Positions 1 through 18,065 of a DNA stretch of 64,000 nucleotides are shown piece after piece (position 1 is the stretch's first letter; every line of letters begins with the position of its first letter). The stretch comes from the human T2T-CHM13v2.0 reference genome, Homo sapiens. The stretch is from assembly GCF_009914755.1 (NCBI RefSeq), contig NC_060927.1; one strand, 5' to 3'. Under the pieces are notes generated by a model. It was not told where the DNA came from. It ran no database searches and worked only from the letters and a program-made list of their open reading frames with translations. The position numbers were made by a program, and so were the translations under genes.

Positions 1-3480
<3,480 letters not shown>

Positions 3481-4259
3481 AAGTGGAAGATATTTTGATC
3501 CAGGTAGATGGTACATCCACCATGCAGTTCTTGGCACAGGCATCAACTCCTCCGCAAGCACTATTTGCCCAGCAATGTCTGTCCTGGGCACTGGCAGGGT
3601 CAGGCACTCACTTTTAGGTGCCAACTATGCACTTGCACAACACTGATAGCAGGTGCCTTCTTAAATGTTGTGCTCTGGGCCTCTCACTTTTCTCACTCTA
3701 GCCCAGGCCTTGGACACAAGTGTGGGAATTTATAGCATCTGTTTGCATCTCTGTCTTCTTGACTCAAACCAAATAACAATTTTCTCCCTTAATAGATTTT
3801 TTTAGAGAAAGTTCTCAATCATCAGAGTATAATTATTTAAATTAGATATTATCTTCAGTAAATCAGGCTTTCAAATGTCCATTAACAGTATGTCAAAGTA
3901 TGCCTAATTAAATCCTTGGATGACATAAGAATGTCTGTACTATTTATTCTGTATCATTAAAACCTAAAATGACCTTTAAACAAAATGTTACCATGACTTC
4001 CTCATTCTAGAAAAGACAAGCACCAGCAACCTTATGCAGAAAAGCTAGTTTTACTTTAGTATGCTGGTCTTCATCAATCCAAAGAGTGAAAGGAGTGGAG
4101 AGAAAATAATTCTTAGAGAGGGAGAAAGAAAGATCTGGATGATATGTCCAGCCCTGGCTGTCTTCAGCTTACCTCAGTTTTAGGCGCTGATGTTTTCAAA
4201 CTACAGCCCCAGTCCCACCAAGTTAAATGCTGCAGCTCTTGCTAGTCAGAGTTTGTGGA

Positions 4260-4412
4260 ACAAACTTGGTGCAGCAGCATGAATATCACCTGAGAGCTTG
4301 CAGGAAATGCAGAATCTCAGGTCCCACCCCAGACCTGCTCCAGCAGTATCTGCAGTTTAACAAGATCCACTGGTGATTTGGAGACACACTAACATTTGGA
4401 AGGTATGCTCTG
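4260..4412. mobile_element. MER5A1-like hAT-Charlie MITE
   Basis: CACCTGAGAGCTTG..GAAATGCAGAATCTCAGGTCCCACCCCAGACCT..TTTAACAAGATCC matches recalled MER5A1 core; ends approximate. Confidence 0.8.
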
Positions 4413-4456
4413 TTTCAGCCCATCCCTTCTCCAACAGGGTCTGAAGTAGCATTTCT

Positions 4457-4875
4457 TCTTTTTTCATTATTATTATTATACTTTAAGTTTTAGGGTACAT
4501 GTGCACAATGTGCAGTTTTCTTACGTATGTATACATGTGCCATGATGGTGTGCTGCACCCATTAACTCGTCATTCAGCATTAGGTATATCTCCTAATGCT
4601 ATCCCTCCCCCCTCCCCCAACCCCACAACAGTCCCCGGTGTGTGATGTTCCCCTTCCTGTGTCCATGTGTTCTCATTGTTCAGTTCCCACCTATGAGTGA
4701 GAACATGTGGTGTTTGGTTTTTTGTCCTTGCGATAGTTTGCTGAGAATGATAGTTTCCAGCTTTGTCCATGTCCCTACAAAGGACATGAACTCATTAAAG
4801 ACACATGCACACGTATGTTTATTGCGGCACTATTCACAATAGCAAAGACTTGGAACCAACCCAAATGTCCAACAA
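4457..4875 (-). mobile_element. Short L1PA3/4-like 3' fragment with 5' inversion (twin priming)
   Basis: Minus-strand 3'UTR 4457-4795, plus-strand ORF2 piece 4796-4875, 15-bp TSD TGAAGTAGCATTTCT at 4442-4456 and 4876-4890. Confidence 0.93.
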
Positions 4876-5003
4876 TGAAGTAGCATTTCTGTTATAAGCA
4901 AAGGGACCAGCCAAGGCTAGCCTGTCTCCAGGCAGTTGTAGGGTCTCTATCTTAATCCTTGATGTGTTTGTCCCAGCCTTACAATGGTTTCTGCTGTGGT
5001 TGC

Positions 5004-5548
5004 TGTGATGGTTAATATTAAGGGTCAACTTCATTAGATTGAAGGATGCAAAGTATTGTTCCTGGGTGTGTCTGTGAGGATGTTGCCAAAGGAGATTAAC
5101 ATTTGAATCAGTGGACTGGAAGAGGTAGACCCACCTTCAATGTGGGCGGGCACCATCTAATCAAGTGCCAGCGCAGCTAGAAAAAAGCTGACAGAAGGAG
5201 GTGGGAAAGTCGACTTGCTGAGACTTCCGGCCTTTATCTTTCTTTCATGCTGGATGCTTCCTGCCCTCGAACATGAGACTCCAAGTTCTTCAACTTCTGG
5301 ACTCTTGGACTTACACCAGTGGTTTACCAGGGCTCTCAGGCCTTCGGCCACAGACTGAAGGCTGCACTGTCGACTTCCCTACTTTTGATGTTTTGGGACT
5401 TGGACTGGCTTCCTTTCTCCTCAGCTTGCAGATGGCCTATTGTGGGACCTCACCTTGTGATTGTGTGAGTCAATACTCCTTAATAAACTCCCCTTCATAC
5501 ATACATCTATCCTATTAGTTCTGTCTCTAGAGAACCCTGACCAATACA
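5004..5548 (+). mobile_element. MLT2A (HERV-L) solo LTR
   Basis: TGTGATGGTTAATATT...GAGAACCCTGACCAATACA termini, AATAAA near 3' end, perfect 5-bp TSD GTTGC (4999-5003, 5549-5553). Confidence 0.92.
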
Positions 5549-5599
5549 GTTGCTAATTAGCAGACTGAGACTAGCACTCTGCCTTGATTCATACTCTGT

Positions 5600-6447
5600 G
5601 AATCCCACACTCCACCCCAAAGAAGTTGGGAAACTGACAGGGCCATTTTTTGTTGTCACAATGAATTGGGTGTGATATTTAGTGGTCAGGAGTCACAGAT
5701 GCTAATTGTCCTGACATCCATGGGATAGTCCCGCACATAAAGAATGCATACATTCCATTAAAATGTCAAGTATTCCACTGGACATTCTGTTAGGTGAAAA
5801 ATGTGTGTATAAATCTGAGCCTAGAGGTTAACTTCATTTCACACATGAACACAAAGTATTTTTGTAGGAATGCAACTACTGTGCAAATCAAGGGAAAAAT
5901 AGACTTTGTTTTGATCACAATTTTACTAAGAATTGTTCGCGAATTGCCTAAAAAAAAATCACATGAATAATGGCAACAACACTTCTGGTAATTCAATTGC
6001 CAATTCAGCACACCTGTGTCCAGTTCTATTCATAAGCTTTCTCTTTCTCAGTGCAATGCTCTGATTTCTTCATTATGTCCTCTAGGACCAGGCTACTCAC
6101 AAAGTGTATTCCACGTGCCAACAGCATCAGCATCACCTGGAAGTTTGTGAGAAATGTGAAATCTCAAGGCCCATCCCACACCCACTGAACCAGAATATGC
6201 TTTTTAACAGGATCTCTGGATATCTGTATGCACAGTCAAGTTTGAGAAGCACTGTTCCAGTGTATTTCTGTACAAGCATTATATATTAAAAATAAATAGT
6301 ATTATTTACTTTTACTTCTCTGTTTTATAATTAGAGCATACTGATTTTTTAAATTATGTTTGTAGGTAGATTATCAATAAATGTTAAGTGTAACAAAATA
6401 TTTGTTTGAAATGGAGGAAATTGGGCGGGAGAGGGTTGAGAATCACC
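5600..6447. mobile_element. MER20B-like hAT-Charlie element, interrupted by MER5A1
   Basis: TTGTCACAATG..., AATCTGAGCCTAGA, CACAAAGTATTTTTG, GGAATGCAACTAC, terminal GGGTTGAGAATCAC resemble recalled MER20B; left end approximate. Confidence 0.7.
6089..6253. mobile_element. MER5A1-like hAT-Charlie MITE
   Basis: CAAAGTGT..CAGCATCAGCATCACCTGG...TTTTAACAGGATC...AAGTTTGAGAAGCACTG. Confidence 0.85.
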
Positions 6448-6858
6448 TAGTTGGGACCTGTCCATCTGCCCAGTTATTGATTATCTACTTTCTTGAGCCC
6501 ACCACCAGCTGAAGACTTGGAGCCACCCCAATTATGGTATCACCATTGATTGAAACTCCTGCTGCTGCCACTCACTAATCAGATGGATCCCCTTCAATAA
6601 ACACATCAATCCCAGTCAGGAGCAAATCCCAAGACTCAGTGGGATAGAAACTATCTTTTCACTGACAAGCCATCCTCTTTCTCTTAAAGACCAGACTCAT
6701 AGCCAAGTTATTCCTGCCATGCTACAAAATTTTCTCCCATACCCATGTACGTTTTCCAACTCCTAATATTCTCTGCAAGTGATCCCACCAGTCATGAAGA
6801 AGTTACAGATATAGTCTATTTGCATTCAAACTTGAGGATTCTATGTGAAATTTTCTGA

Positions 6859-7140
<282 letters not shown>

Positions 7141-7744
7141 TGAATGATTTGGTGGGGGTGAGAGGAATTGGCACTAATAATGTATTATATGTTATTATTC
7201 CTCATTATGGCATAAGCACTCAAAGAATTGTTTATTTCAATTATAAAAGCTGATTGGTACAATCTTAGTTTGAATTACGCCACTGCAAAGAGAATTAGGA
7301 ACTTAATTATCCAAGTTTCCACTTCACAAATTATCTAGGAAAATCTAATCATTTCTAAATACAGCAAAATTGGATATACATATGATGCATGAAGGAATTA
7401 TAACTTGCACAAAAGTTTCAGGGGCTCCCATGATGTTAAGATATTTTTAATACTCATCGTATTATTGGGCTTTTTCACGTAGTTCCCATCAATCAAAAGA
7501 GAAGTACACAATTTATCAGTATATTTCCTGGTTAGGGGCTTGGTATAAATCATTTACACAGTCACGTTACACAAACTTTTCTTCATTATATACTAGAAAT
7601 AATTTTTTATTTCAACCATCCTACCCTGAATCACCACCTCCCAACTTGTAGTTTAATAACATGACTTGTTCCATGACACAGCCTATAGACCTTTGAGATA
7701 GTACAGACATGAAGCAGGAAGGAGTAGTTTAAAAAGTCAGAAAA

Positions 7745-7890
7745 CTGGTACTTAACCCTTGTGCCAGTTATCAGCTATGTGATTTCAGTCATTATATCAA
7801 ACTCTGAGAATCAGTTTTCACATCTACAAAAGAAGAGAGTGGACCAAATGCTCTATAGCATTCTTTCCATCTTTAAAATTTTGTGATTAT
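7745..7890 (+). mobile_element. MIR (MIR3-like) fragment
   Basis: CAGCTATGTGA...CTCTGAGAATCAGTTTTCACATCTACAAAA core. Confidence 0.6.
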
Positions 7891-8009
7891 ATTCACAGAC
7901 CAAACACAAGCATGTTCTATAAACTGTAAAACAACTTTATAACATTTTCAATTCAACCTTGATATTAGATCACTTGGTTTTATAAAGGATTATAACTGTT
8001 ATTGGTTAT

Positions 8010-8390
8010 TGATATGGTTTGGATTTGTGTCTCCATCCAAATCTCATGTCAAAGTGTAATCTCCAGTGTTAGAGGAGGGGCCTGGTAGAATGTGACTGGA
8101 TCATGGGAACTGACTTCCCCCTTCCTGTTCTCATGATAGTGAGTGAGTTCCCATGAGATCTGGTTATTAAAAATGTGTAGGACCTCCCCCTTCTCTCTTC
8201 CTCTTGCTCTGGCCATGTGAGACATGACTCTTTCCTCTTTGCCTTCCACCATGATTGTAAGTTTCCTGAGGCCTCCTCAGCCATGCTTCCTGTATAGCCT
8301 GCAGAAACATAAGCCAACTAAACCTCTTTTCTTTATAAATTATACAGTCTCAGATAGTTCTTTATAGCAATATGAGAATGAACCAATACA
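8010..8390 (+). mobile_element. MSTA-like MaLR solo LTR
   Basis: TGATATGGTTTGG...CCATGATTGTAAGTTTCCTGAGGCCTCC...AATACA. Confidence 0.9.
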
Positions 8391-8624
8391 ATTACGTATG
8401 TTCATGAAAGGAAGCAATGTCATGCTTAATTTTAAAAACCACATATAATTAATTTCTGTAAGTAATATTTTAACTTTTTTACTCTCCTGACTAAAATCTG
8501 TTAGCATTTCTGGCAAACTGGAATTCAGGGAGGCAGAAGTTGAGTTACAAACCCCAGGGCAAAGGAAGGATGCAGAAAGGCAGGGCACTGAAATTGTTAG
8601 AGATAAAGCGGGAAAAGCAGTTAA

Positions 8625-9411
8625 TGTAATGGAACTGAACTCAGGTCTGCCCACTCAGCATGGTAATACCAAATATCCACACTGAGGTTTTATAGCAGGA
8701 GAAACAAGGGCATTCATTTGCAGGACACCAAGCAAGGAGAATCCGACAGCTCACACTTAAGACCCAACCTCCTGGATGGCTTACAATCAAGGGTTTTTAA
8801 AGGCAGATGTAAATTTCAGAAAAGTAGAAGTTACTGGCAAAATCATAAATCAATACATGGAAGTTATACATTGGTTTGGCTTTAAAAGGCAGGATATCTT
8901 AAAGCAGGGGAGCTTACTGGTCATGTATATTCAAAGATTCCCTGATTTGCAATTGATTAAGGAAGTAAAGCTTTGTCTAAAAACTTGGGGTCAGTCGAAA
9001 GGAATGTTAAGCTCTGGCCTGTGGGCATAACTTCCTCCAGGTCCCTCAGGAAGAAATTGAGAACAAAGAACAGAAGTCAGAGTTCAGTCCTCAGTTCCCC
9101 TTTATCTGAGGTCTATGTGCCAATGGATGGCATTTTCTATTTGGTAGGTGTCCAGGTTTCTGAAAAACAACTCAAGGATATGTGTTAAGGTGTTATCTTT
9201 AGTTTCTATAGGGAACTAAACATTTTGTGGCTCTAACTTCCTTGGCTATTGTTTCAAGCTATTGTTACCTTCTTGCTTGTCAGGTTGCTCATTTATTTTT
9301 CAAAGCTAGCTAGGTACCTGGAATTTTCCTTGAAGAAACTCAAGATTTGCCTTCATTTTTATGCTTGAGCGGGCCCAGCAGGCCCCTCAGAGGAGTCCCT
9401 GCTGTGTCTCA
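8625..9411 (-). mobile_element. ERV1-class solo LTR (MER39-like)
   Basis: Minus strand starts TGAGACACAGCAGGGACTCCTCTGAGGGGCCTGC..GGAAAATTCCAGGTACCTAGCTAGC; TG..CA termini; 4-bp flanks TTAA/GTAA. Subfamily from memory. Confidence 0.7.
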
Positions 9412-9933
9412 GTAACACATACGCAAACAACTTAGGGTTGGCTAAATTTCTAAACTCCGAGGACCTAAATTTGATCAGTTTGAAAGATGACCTTTGTATA
9501 GGTTATAATCTAACTTTTTAATAAAACCTTTCTCATAATTTTGCAAGAGAATAAAACCTCATGTTTGCTAAACAGCCTTTGGCAACTTGCCGAAATCTAC
9601 CGAAATGTAAGGTGTGTATGACCTTTGGCTCAACAGTTCTGCTTCTCCAACTCTATTCAGCAGTAATACTGGCTGATATACAGAAAGATATGTGTTCATT
9701 GCAGGGCGATTTGCAATAGAAAAAAAATGGGAGACAACCTATGTAAATTGCTAAGAGCAAGGCAGTGGCTATGTATATCTGGGTTATGAAACACTGTATG
9801 AATTTTTATTTTAAAATAATTTCAGATTTACAGAAAAGTTACAAAAATAGTACAAAGAATTCCCATATATCCTTTACACAGATTGTCAAAATTAACATTT
9901 TATCACAATTGCTTTATTCGTTTCTCGTTCTCT

Positions 9934-10080
9934 ACATATATATGAATATACATATATAAATATGTGTGTATATGTATATACATATATGTGTATATATATG
10001 CATATGTATAATGTAGATATGTGTATATATGTGTGTATATATATATAATATGTATATATACACACACATACACACGTATG
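9934..10080. repeat. (TA/TG/CA)n degenerate microsatellite
   Basis: Alternating purine-pyrimidine run seen directly. Confidence 0.9.
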
Positions 10081-10435
10081 CATTAGTCATTTTCAGCAAA
10101 ATTCATAAACTTTTTTTCTCCTAGTCCAGGACCAGGCATTGCATTTACTCGTCCTGTCTCCTGAGTCTCCCTTAATCTGTAATAGCTCCTTGGTTTTCCT
10201 TTTGTATAGAGCACCCTTGACACTAACTGCATCTTACAAAAAGACTCCATTTTATATTTCACAGGGCACCTTGCCAACAAGAATATGATGTTTAGCTTAA
10301 TAAACAAATAAAAAAACATAAAGACTGCATCCAACCAGGTAAGGGTACAAACAAACACACTCTTACACATTCAGCAGCTCGAAAAGGCCATCTTAACTGA
10401 CATTGTCTCGCAGCCACTCATGATAAGAACTCGGC

Positions 10436-10929
<494 letters not shown>

Positions 10930-11053
10930 TTAATCCATAACATTTATATATTAAGTATACTATTATGTATGGTTTGCAATATTGACTGACTTGTGGAGTG
11001 GCTTGAGCCTGTGTGCATGTGGCTCTGACTACTGGGTGAACAGGAAGTGCTAA

Positions 11054-11405
<352 letters not shown>

Positions 11406-11533
11406 GGTTTGTGACTCTTGTGATTGAAATAGCATTAATAAAAGCCTGACCTTATGGAAAGACACAAACATGCATAAACCCAGTTATCTCTAACTTTGCA
11501 GCGGTCATGACACCATTGTCTTTCATGACTGAC

Positions 11534-11692
11534 TTTTTTTTTTTTTAACCCAGGATCTTACTCTATCCCCCAGGCTGGAGTGCAGTGGTATGATCATATC
11601 TCACTGCAGCCTCGAACTCCTTGGCTCAAGTGATCCTCCCACCACAGCCTCCCAAGAAACCAGGACTACAGGCCTGCGCCACCACACCCAGA
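11534..11692 (-). mobile_element. Free Alu monomer (FRAM/FAM-like)
   Basis: Single right-arm-like monomer with poly-T; degenerate TSD GACTGACTTTT / GACCTTGACATTTT. Confidence 0.75.
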
Positions 11693-11721
11693 GACCTTGA
11701 CATTTTTAAGCAGTACAGGCA

Positions 11722-12016
11722 ACTGGGCACAATGGCTCATGCCTATGATTCCAGCATTTTGGGAAGCCTAGGAGGGAGGATTGCTTGAGCCCAGGAGTTC
11801 AAGACCAGCCTGGGCAACATGGTGAGACCCTGTCTCTGCAATAAAAGCATTTAAAAAGTTGCCGGGTGTGGTAGCACACATCTGTGGTCTCAGCAACTCA
11901 AGAGGCTGAGGCAGAAGGATAGCTTGAGCCTGGGAGGTTGAGGCTGCAGTGAGCCACAATCACTCCACTGCACTCCAGCCTGGCCGACAGAAAGAGACCC
12001 TATCTCTTAAATAAAT
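11722..12016 (+). mobile_element. AluJ
   Basis: GATTGCTTGAGCCCAGGAG and GAGGCTGCAGTGAGC diagnostics. Confidence 0.9.
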
Positions 12017-12173
12017 AGTTCACTCCAATTATTTCTGTAGAATGCCTCCTAATTTGGATGTGTCTGAGGTTTCCTCATATTAGATTACACAGCCATTTCT
12101 CATGTAAGTAAATATATATGTAATGACATTCAAGACCTCGAGATATTTTGGTAATAGAAAGGGGGATCATATT

Positions 12174-12642
12174 TGTCATGGTCGCAGCAGGAAACAGATG
12201 GCCCACTCAAAGGATTTAACTGAAACTGTTCTAATGAAGAGACTCTTCACAGGTGTGGACAGAGTCAAAGAAGCAGCAAGAGATTGAGGAAACCCACACA
12301 GGATGGTAATACAACAGGGATCAGCACCAGCAGGAAGTTTTACCAGCCTTAAACTGAGAGAATAGTTACAGCTGGAGCTAAGGAAGAGGGGCCACCAGGC
12401 AGCAGCTGAAGCCACAGAGGAACATGAGTTGGGACAGGGTCAGGGTTATAAATACCCCAATTTCCTTATTACTCTCCAACCTTACACCAGTGCCTCCCAT
12501 GAGTCAAAACAAACCAGAAGCAAGAGGAGAAGGAAGCCAAGATAATATAATCCACAGAAGTCAGCTCTCCAGGGCACATTACAGGACAGAAAGGATGGAG
12601 AACAGAACCTGAGCAGAGGGACAAATAGAGAACAACCAGCAT
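12174..12642 (-). mobile_element. LTR33-family ERVL LTR
   Basis: CAGCAGGAAACAGATGGCCCACTCAAA...CAGGTGTGGACAG; related in reverse orientation to 53546-53999. Confidence 0.7.
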
Positions 12643-14732
12643 GACAGCACATTCTAGTGACTGAGGATATGAAACAAGATGTCAACTTGGATTCATCTCA
12701 TGGTACAGAATTTCCGCTAATGGGCAGGGCTGAAGACAGAGTCACTAAACACTCCATGTTTTTATGTGCACAAAGCAGCCAACACTGAGGCCACCCACCT
12801 CCCACAGCCCTTACAAGAGGAAACAAAAATGCAGAAGCAGTCCTACCACCCACCACCACATGACCCTCTTTTAGTCTATGTAAAAAGAGAACTAAGAGGG
12901 GAGGAGATCACCAGCCTTAGAATAGCAATTCACAGCAAGAGTCTATTCCCTCTGGTTCCCATGGAGGATTGGGAAAGGATTGCTTCCCTTTCCCCAAAAC
13001 AAGGTAGGCAATCTCCACTGATGCTCCAAGAGAATCACTTGTAAAGATTTGGGGTGACCGCAAGAATAAAAGACTGGCATTGTATCCCTATATGATGTCT
13101 GCTTATCCAGATGACCTGATGATCTGCTCCATGCTACCTACATAGCAAAGAGCAGAGAGAGACGACAAGCAGGAATAGGGGAGGTGCCAGGTGGAAAGAA
13201 AGTCAGAATTGCCTCGAGTTCTTGATTTCTGAGAGACATGGAAGATGGGATCCCGCATGTCTGCCAGCTCTGGAGGTGGGTAGTTTCAGCAAGCGGTTGA
13301 GACTGAAAGAACCCTTCTTGGAACTACCATAGCTGGGTGTGGCAGAGGAAAAAGATGTGCCCCATCAAAGAATGAGACTGGATATCATCCTTGGCTGGAA
13401 GAGATGTCTAAATATGACAAAGGGATACCTATGCCCACCACCGCTGATGGAAACAAGCCTCTCTTAGATGGGGCATATTGATACTTTCACCATCCTCATT
13501 GAGCTCACAAAGGCTGGAATAGCAGATACAGTCACCAAGAAAAAGCTGTAAGCAAGCTCCCTTCCCCCACTCCCACATGGACCCAAGTAGCTAGAGCCAC
13601 ACATAGCTCTGCCCTCACTGAGGCTGGGGGGAGACCCTCTCCAAATTGCACTTACGACTGAAGTTTCAAAATAAATACAATGTGAAATACCAAAAATAAT
13701 ACCACTTTAATAGTAACTGAAAGTAACAGGAAAGCTATAGAAAAGGGCTAAGTTTCATTAAGGAACCTACTCACCACCCAACAAAAAAGGGAAACTTAAA
13801 ATATCACATATGGGAGAAAGTCATTTTTAAGAAATGAAATCATTTCATATTTATGTTCCAATGAATTGTTCTCAATAATTTTCTTCATATTTTAAAAGTT
13901 AAATATATGCAAGTAAAAAGAATTGGAAGGCCACATATCAACTGTTAACAGTAATTTCATATACAAAGGGAAGAGATTATGGAAAGTAGCAAGGATTGAA
14001 GGTAAAGTTTTCCATCTTATTCTGTCTTCTTTGGCATTTGAAACTTATAAGCATGAATTGTGCATTGCTTATGGAATTATTCTAAGGATAAAACAAAGGG
14101 TTTTCTTGTACTTTATCAAGCATTGTGAGCTTCTCAATTATTAGTAATTTATTGTAAGAGTTGGAGGGAATGACACGTGCAAAGCCTTTATCATAAATCC
14201 TGGCACAAAAGATTCTCACCTAGTTCCCTTTCCCTGGTCCTCCCATTAATACCATCGTCATTAGTATCCTACACTAACTGTGATGGCCCAAATGTCATTT
14301 TATGCTTAAAAAATGAAAACTGTAAGAAATACTGTAAATGCAATTATGCCCTTAATTTTCATTCCCTTTTTAAGAATCCATATTAAAAATTTTCTTCAGA
14401 GATGAACTTAGCATTTTTTCAGTGTTTTTAGTATGCTTATACTTACTGAATTTTTCTTATATTCCTTTTGCAGCCTCAAGGTTTTCCTTTCTCCACTTGA
14501 TTCTGATGTGTCTTTATCGGGATCAACCTCTCCTCTGGGAGGCACCTCTAACGTGCCCCCCAGAAAGGCACAAGTGAAAAACCTCTAGGCAAAAAAAATG
14601 TCAATGGCAAAATGTACCAGAAAACCTCAGCAATTTCTCCCTATGTTCCCATCTCTCATGACCTCATCAGCTTTCACCTGTTCCCTTTCTGGCCCCACAT
14701 CCAGGTTACACATCTCATACTTTCCCTGATGA

Positions 14733-15281
<549 letters not shown>

Positions 15282-17194
15282 TAATTTTCAAAATTGGCTG
15301 CTCTGATGATGTTTGCTGTTGAGATTATACTTTATGTTGGTTGGCCAAAAAATTCTAAACTACAGTTTATTTCCTTTATTTTCTGCCTAGGATAACCTAC
15401 CTCTCTGGGCCATAAAACTTTAACAAAGTCATCTTAATTTTATGAGCAGTGAAAGTTGTTAATCCTGACTTTTGAAAGATGTTTAACACAAAACCAAATT
15501 GGACATGAGTGTGGTAGTGGGCCTTGATCCAGTGGGAGACTGACACAACCTTGGGATGCTGTCCCAATTGCCACCAAATGCTGAATGAGTTTATGTCAAC
15601 TTTACAAGAATTTATCTGGCATAAAGTTTCTTCTGGGATATAAACGGGACAAAAGGTTTACTTCCTATTAAGTATACCACATGTAATTCTATCTCCCTCT
15701 AAGGCTACAAAACAGTTTAGGGACTTTAGCTTGAGATAAATGATTTACTGTGATTGTCCCAGCACTCTGCTTATTTATGCTTTTCAGCAAAGTTAATATT
15801 ATTGTAACAATTCAGATATGAGCACATCTTTAATTAATTCTTCTCTTATCGAAATGAATTTTGATAGAATTGTTTCTCTACATTTGGTTTCTTTTATTTG
15901 AGAAGAAAAGAAACACAGTTTCAAAGAAAACAGAATTTAAGGGCTACAAAAGAAGGGAAATGAATACACCTGTGGCATGTGAAACTCACCCCTGAATATA
16001 ACTATTGGGATCAACTCAAATACTGTGTCTGTTGAAAGAATATCGTTAGAAGTATGCTTGGGAATGAAGAGTCCAGCTTTATTATTTCACAATTTTAGAG
16101 ACTATGTTTTCTTGATTTTCTATAACAATAAACTGATAACCAAAATTGTAAGTAAGATATTCTGCTATCACATTGATTTACAACTAAAACCAAAAATCTT
16201 ATATTTAGATAGAGTAGAGCCATGGCAAGTAATCTTGATTTGTTGTTTTAAAACCATTGCTCTTTTTGAATCTTTAAAATCTGTTCCATCCACTCCCCAC
16301 TCAGCTTGAAGTTGACTTCTTATCCACCCTGTTACTCCCTCCATCTCAACTCACATTCCTTTTATGTATGAAATCATTCAATTCTTGCCCCCCAAGCAAC
16401 TTCTCACCAAACTATTCTTTAACAGTATTTCAATCCAGCCAGAACAAAATTCCAAGAGAAGGAATGTGACTCCAAGCCAGAAGCTTATCTTTTTATAGAA
16501 CAGAATAGAATCCACAGCTATTTGACTTGTACTGTATATAGCGCATAGCCAATGTCATGTGCACGAAAGCTTAATAAGACAATTTCATGATGAAATACCC
16601 TGGGCAAGAAAGCCACAAGAAAATTCCACAGAAAGCAGCAGGGCCAAATTCTGCAACAAATGTAATTTAGCCCACCAAATTGCAACATGTAATTGAAAGT
16701 AGCAGTGAACAACAACAACACCAAAAAAAAAAAAACAGCACAAAATTAATCCTTAAGCACTGTGCTCATGATATTCAATTAAAACATGGAAAATACATAT
16801 AATAAAATATGCCAGAAGATTAAACTGTTAGCCTTTTCAACACCTATTGTGCTTATCCTAATATGCTTAGTAAGGCATCAGATAGAGGCCCTAATTCATT
16901 TGTAGTTCAAGTTACAAACCTAACATCCTGCAAAATTAGACATTAACAAATACGGATGGTTATTTTAACATATTCATGCAGTCAGTGCACATGTGCTGCT
17001 ATTTCTTTTGACCCCAATAAAAGCACTCCTCTGCTTTGAAAGTATCACTTATTCACAGCATCACTGATTAATAACATTTAAGAAATCATAGAAAACAAAA
17101 GAAGTGCCAAAAGAACAAAAGGAGATGGGAGATTGCCAGGTGTTTTTCTAAATTTTTTAAAAGGGCTAAGAGTGGATTCCACAAACTCTAGGCA

Positions 17195-17485
17195 AATGCT
17201 GGCTGATGGAAATATTGTAGCCCCATGTTAAAATGTTAAAAGAACCAGATGAAATTCATTTTAATAGTACATTTTATTTAACTTAACATATCCAAATATT
17301 ATCATTTCTTCAGGTAATAAATGTAAAAAAAATTATTAATGAGATCTTTTACATATTTTGTCATACTGCATCTTTGAAATCTGATGTGTATTTTATGCTC
17401 ACACCACATCTTAATTAGGACCAGCCACATTTCAAGTGCGCTGTAGCCACATGGACAGCTTGGCTGTGCAGCTACTGAGCTGTAA
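17195..17485. mobile_element. MER33/MER3-like hAT-Charlie
   Basis: TTTGAAATCTGATGTGTATTTTA...AGCCACATTTCAAGTGC..TAGCCACATGG. Confidence 0.8.
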
Positions 17486-17520
17486 GCTACTGACCTTAGC
17501 ACAAATCTAAAACAGATCAT

Positions 17521-18065
17521 TGTATCCTGGCAAAGCCTGAGGCAAAAGCTTATGTGTTATGACTTTATTAAAGGTGCAATCTCCAGGAAATAGAAACGAG
17601 GTGAAGAAGAGTGTAGTGGGAAAGGAAGGAGAGCTATTAGGAGGATGTGTTTCTGAGTTGGCCACTGTTTGGAAACAAGTACAGGTACAACTATTTGTGC
17701 CATCTCATACAATCATTTTCTTAGACACATAAGGTACTATGTCTCTGTGGGAGGAAGGACGAATTTATCAGCTAGCTTCTGTCTCACATTGGCCAGTTCA
17801 CTTCACAGAACATTAATGCCCCCACACTTTCAGGTTGCTTGTACATGATGCTAGTTCAGATCCCACAGAATGTCACATGTTAGAGGCTAGGCAAAAGCCC
17901 ACAGCAGCAAGAAAAAAATGCAGAGGTGCAGAAAACAGGGCATTACTGGATTATGCCCACGTGAAGCCAGCTGCCATAGCAGATGGGGAAAACAAATGGC
18001 CAAGGACCCCACAGACAGGAATGTTAGAGAAGATTTGAGATGGTATAGAAGAAACGTCTTATGCA
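17521..18065 (-). mobile_element. Old ERVL LTR (LTR16-family-like)
   Basis: AAAGCCTGAGGCAAA..CTTTATTAA...GGGAAAGGAAGGAGAGC pattern of reverse-oriented ERVL LTR; subfamily uncertain. Confidence 0.5.

Noticed and set aside
14436-14480. Strong-looking + strand splice acceptor (TACTGAAT..TTCCTTTTGCAG)
   Set aside because: No convincing donor or coding frame downstream; such sites occur by chance.
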